From an uncultured delta proteobacterium (GTDB lineage: Bacteria; Desulfobacterota; Desulfobaccia; Desulfobaccales; 0-14-0-80-60-11): DNA of 64,000 nucleotides. The position numbers were made by a program, and so were the translations under genes. The stretch is taken from contig CAVZAM010000030.1 in NCBI GenBank assembly GCA_963773285.1, positions 25,662 to 89,661 on the forward strand, read 5' to 3'. Below the pieces are notes generated by a model. The model was not told where the DNA came from, ran no database searches, and was given only the letters and a program-made list of their open reading frames with translations. This document shows positions 62,025-64,000 of this stretch, in pieces (position 1 is the first letter of the stretch; every line of letters begins with the position of its first letter).

Positions 62025-62257
62025 ACTGGTCAATACAGCAATTCGTAATCTGTATTCGCAATGATGACTATCCGGCCTCCCTGGAAAAGCGCAAGATATA
62101 CGTTCAGGTTTCGGACACAGAGGCGGAAAAGCATCATCACATAAGGGTAATCGACGAATCAGGCGAGGATTATCTCTATCCTGAGGCCTATTTCAAGACC
62201 ATTGAATTACCCGATGAGATCAAGCGAGCGGTTTTTGAAGCGGCTGAGATGAGTTAA
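61964..62257 (+). CDS. small acidic hypothetical protein in a low-GC insert (start unresolved)
   Basis: The conserved-looking core is ICIRNDDYPASLEKRKIYVQVSDTEAEKHHHIRVIDESGEDYLYPEAYF. The only in-frame canonical start is GTG 61964, 60 nt inside dapB. There is no ATG/GTG/TTG between 62025 and the core. Confidence 0.4.
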   Translation: MARESTSRPVRHAGCVGVEIDWSIQQFVICIRNDDYPASLEKRKIYVQVSDTEAEKHHHIRVIDESGEDYLYPEAYFKTIELPDEIKRAVFEAAEMS

Positions 62258-62266
62258 GCCGAGGGT

Positions 62267-63042
62267 ATGAGAATGAAAATAGTGCGCTTTGATCAGGAAG
62301 GCCGGTCAGGCTATGGAATTTTAGACGGGGAAAAAATCCAGCCCATCTGGGAAAACCCCTTTGCCGGGATCACCGCCACCGGGGAAGTTCTGGCCCTGGC
62401 CGACGTGACCCTCCTGGCCCCGTGTGAGCCCAGCAAAATCGTGGCCCTGGGGCTTAACTACCGGGATCACGCCGCCGAATTCGGCCACCCGGTGCCCGAC
62501 GAGCCGCTCATTTTCCTCAAACCCAGCACCGCGGTGATCGGCCCGGACGCGGCGATTATTTACCCAGGATGTCCCGGCGGGTGGACTATGAGGCCGAGTT
62601 GGCGGTGGTCATGGGGAAAACCGCGCACCGGGTGCCGGAGGACCAGGCCCTGGAATACGTCCTGGGCTACACCTGCATGAACGACGTCACGGCCCGGGAC
62701 TTGCAGAAAAAGGACGGCCAGTTCACCCGGGCCAAGGGCTTTGACACCTTTGCGGCCATGGGCCCCTGGATTGAAACCGCGGTGGGCGACCCCGACAACG
62801 TTATGGTGGAGGCCTATCTCAACGGCGAGCGGCGGCAGCACGGCAGCACCAATAATATGGTTTTCGGGGTGCGGCGCCTGATTGCTTTCATATCAGCAGT
62901 GATGACGCTTCTCCCCGGGGATGTCATCAGCACCGGCACGCCCTCGGGTATCGGCCCCATGCGCCCGGGAGACGTGGTGGAAGTCCGGGTGGAGGGCATC
63001 GGCGCCTTGCGCAATCGAGTTCTGGCAGAGGAAGGTACGTAA
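62267..63042 (+). CDS. fumarylacetoacetate hydrolase (FAH) family protein, apparent frameshift near 62565
   Basis: [48 protein letters not shown] and [16 protein letters not shown] are present. Pieces 62267-62680 and 62569-63042. Confidence 0.85.
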
Positions 63043-63045
63043 ACC

Positions 63046-64000
63046 ATGGCTTTGTCTTTTTTCCGACCGGCAGCGCGCTTGCAGCTCATCCCCCCGTATC
63101 TGTTCAAGGAAATCGACGAAAAAAAAGAGCAGGTGCGGGCCCGGGGGGTGGACATCATCGACCTGGGGGTGGGAGACCCGGATCTGCCTACACCGAAGTT
63201 CATCGTCGACCGGATGAAAGAGGCGGTGGCTGACCCGAACACCCACCGGTATCCCCTTTATTCGGGCATGAATGATTTCCGGCAAGCGGTGGCCCGCTGG
63301 TACAAGCGCCGCTTCGGCGTCGAGCTGGACCCGGCCACCGAGGTCATCACCCTCATCGGCTGCAAAGAAGGCATCGCCCATCTGCCCCTCGGGGTGAACG
63401 ACCCCGAGGATGTAAATCTCATGACCACCCCGGCTTACCCGGTGTACCGCATGGGCACCCTCTTCGCCGGGGCCACCCCGTTTATGGTGCCCCTTTACCG
63501 GGAGAACAAATTTCTCCCTGATTTCAAGGAAATCCCCCCCATCGAGGCCCGGGACGCCAAGCTGTTTTTCTTCAATTACCCCAACAATCCCACCGCGGCA
63601 GTGGCCGATCTGGGATTTTTCCAAAAAACTCTGGAGTTTTGCCAGGAATACCACATCGTGCCGGTGCACGACGCTTCTTACACGGAACTGGCCTTCGACG
63701 GCTACCGGCCCCCCAGCTTCCTCGAACTGCCGGGGGCCAAAGACATCGCCATCGAATTCCACTCCCTGTCCAAAACCTATAATATGACGGGCTGGCGCCT
63801 GGGGATGGTGGTGGGGAACCGGGAAGTGCTCTCGGCCCTGGGCAAGATCAAAAGCAATATTGATTCCGGGGCCTTCAACGCCATTCAGATGGCCGGCATT
63901 GCGGCCCTGGATTCGGACCAGAGCTGCGTGGCCGACAATTGCCGCATCTATAAAGCGCGCCGGGACCTCATGGTCTCCGGCTTAAAGAAGCTGGGTTATG
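63046..64000 (+). CDS. dapL: LL-diaminopimelate aminotransferase-like class I/II aminotransferase; 3' end off-window
   Basis: This frame is not in the supplied ORF track, presumably because there is no stop in the window, but it is open from ATG 63046 to the right edge. IPPYLFKEIDEKK, DLGVGDPDLPTP, FNYPNNPT and FHSLSKTYNMTGWRLG (PLP Lys) are present. It lies in the dap gene context. Confidence 0.8.
   Translation, partial: MALSFFRPAARLQLIPPYLFKEIDEKKEQVRARGVDIIDLGVGDPDLPTPKFIVDRMKEAVADPNTHRYPLYSGMNDFRQAVARWYKRRFGVELDPATEVITLIGCKEGIAHLPLGVNDPEDVNLMTTPAYPVYRMGTLFAGATPFMVPLYRENKFLPDFKEIPPIEARDAKLFFFNYPNNPTAAVADLGFFQKTLEFCQEYHIVPVHDASYTELAFDGYRPPSFLELPGAKDIAIEFHSLSKTYNMTGWRLGMVVGNREVLSALGKIKSNIDSGAFNAIQMAGIAALDSDQSCVADNCRIYKARRDLMVSGLKKLGY

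Overview
This is a high-G+C bacterial chromosomal segment. LL-diaminopimelate aminotransferase lysine pathway, single-cytochrome-b SdhCAB and PEP-CTERM proteins suggest an anaerobic Desulfobacterota/deltaproteobacterium-like organism; this is inference only. Gene order: TauE/DUF1634 exporter pair; two tandem near-identical small ORFs; fumC; a minus-strand amino-acid/2-oxoacid block (ABM protein, acetolactate-synthase-like and PDC/IPDC-like TPP enzymes, Leu/Phe/Val-type dehydrogenase, aldehyde dehydrogenase, P5C dehydrogenase, DAO-type flavoprotein); malic enzyme; a lower-GC junk island (PEP-CTERM tail remnant, GlsB, IS1595-family element with an in-frame TGA, 3' remnant of a second malic enzyme gene, orphan B12-radical SAM); sdhCAB; a partly duplicated SDR gene; an AKR; a P-loop-less YchF-like protein; DUF2703, GH13, GH3, SSF transporter, DedA, PPC/DUF296; a lower-GC PEP-CTERM island with a papain-like protease; fabD; livJHMGF; a YgjP-like hydrolase; DUF4412-FmdE-DUF4412; a nucleoside phosphorylase; a long-form sugar nucleotidyltransferase; a CysM-type cysteine synthase fused to a degenerate CysRS-like module; then argH-lipoprotein-lysA-dapF-dapA-dapB-(small ORF)-FAH-dapL. 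I saw no rRNA, complete tRNA or CRISPR array. Two features run across the window. First, more than 20 apparent single-base frameshifts interrupt strongly conserved and essential genes, most likely assembly indels. Second, a dense family of G-tract/C-tract palindromic MITE/REP-like elements fills most intergenic gaps. My best candidate for something undescribed is the cysteine synthase/pseudo-CysRS fusion at 52457-54763. The repeat family and repeat-associated SDR duplication come second. All family calls rest on motif recognition by eye; no searches were run.
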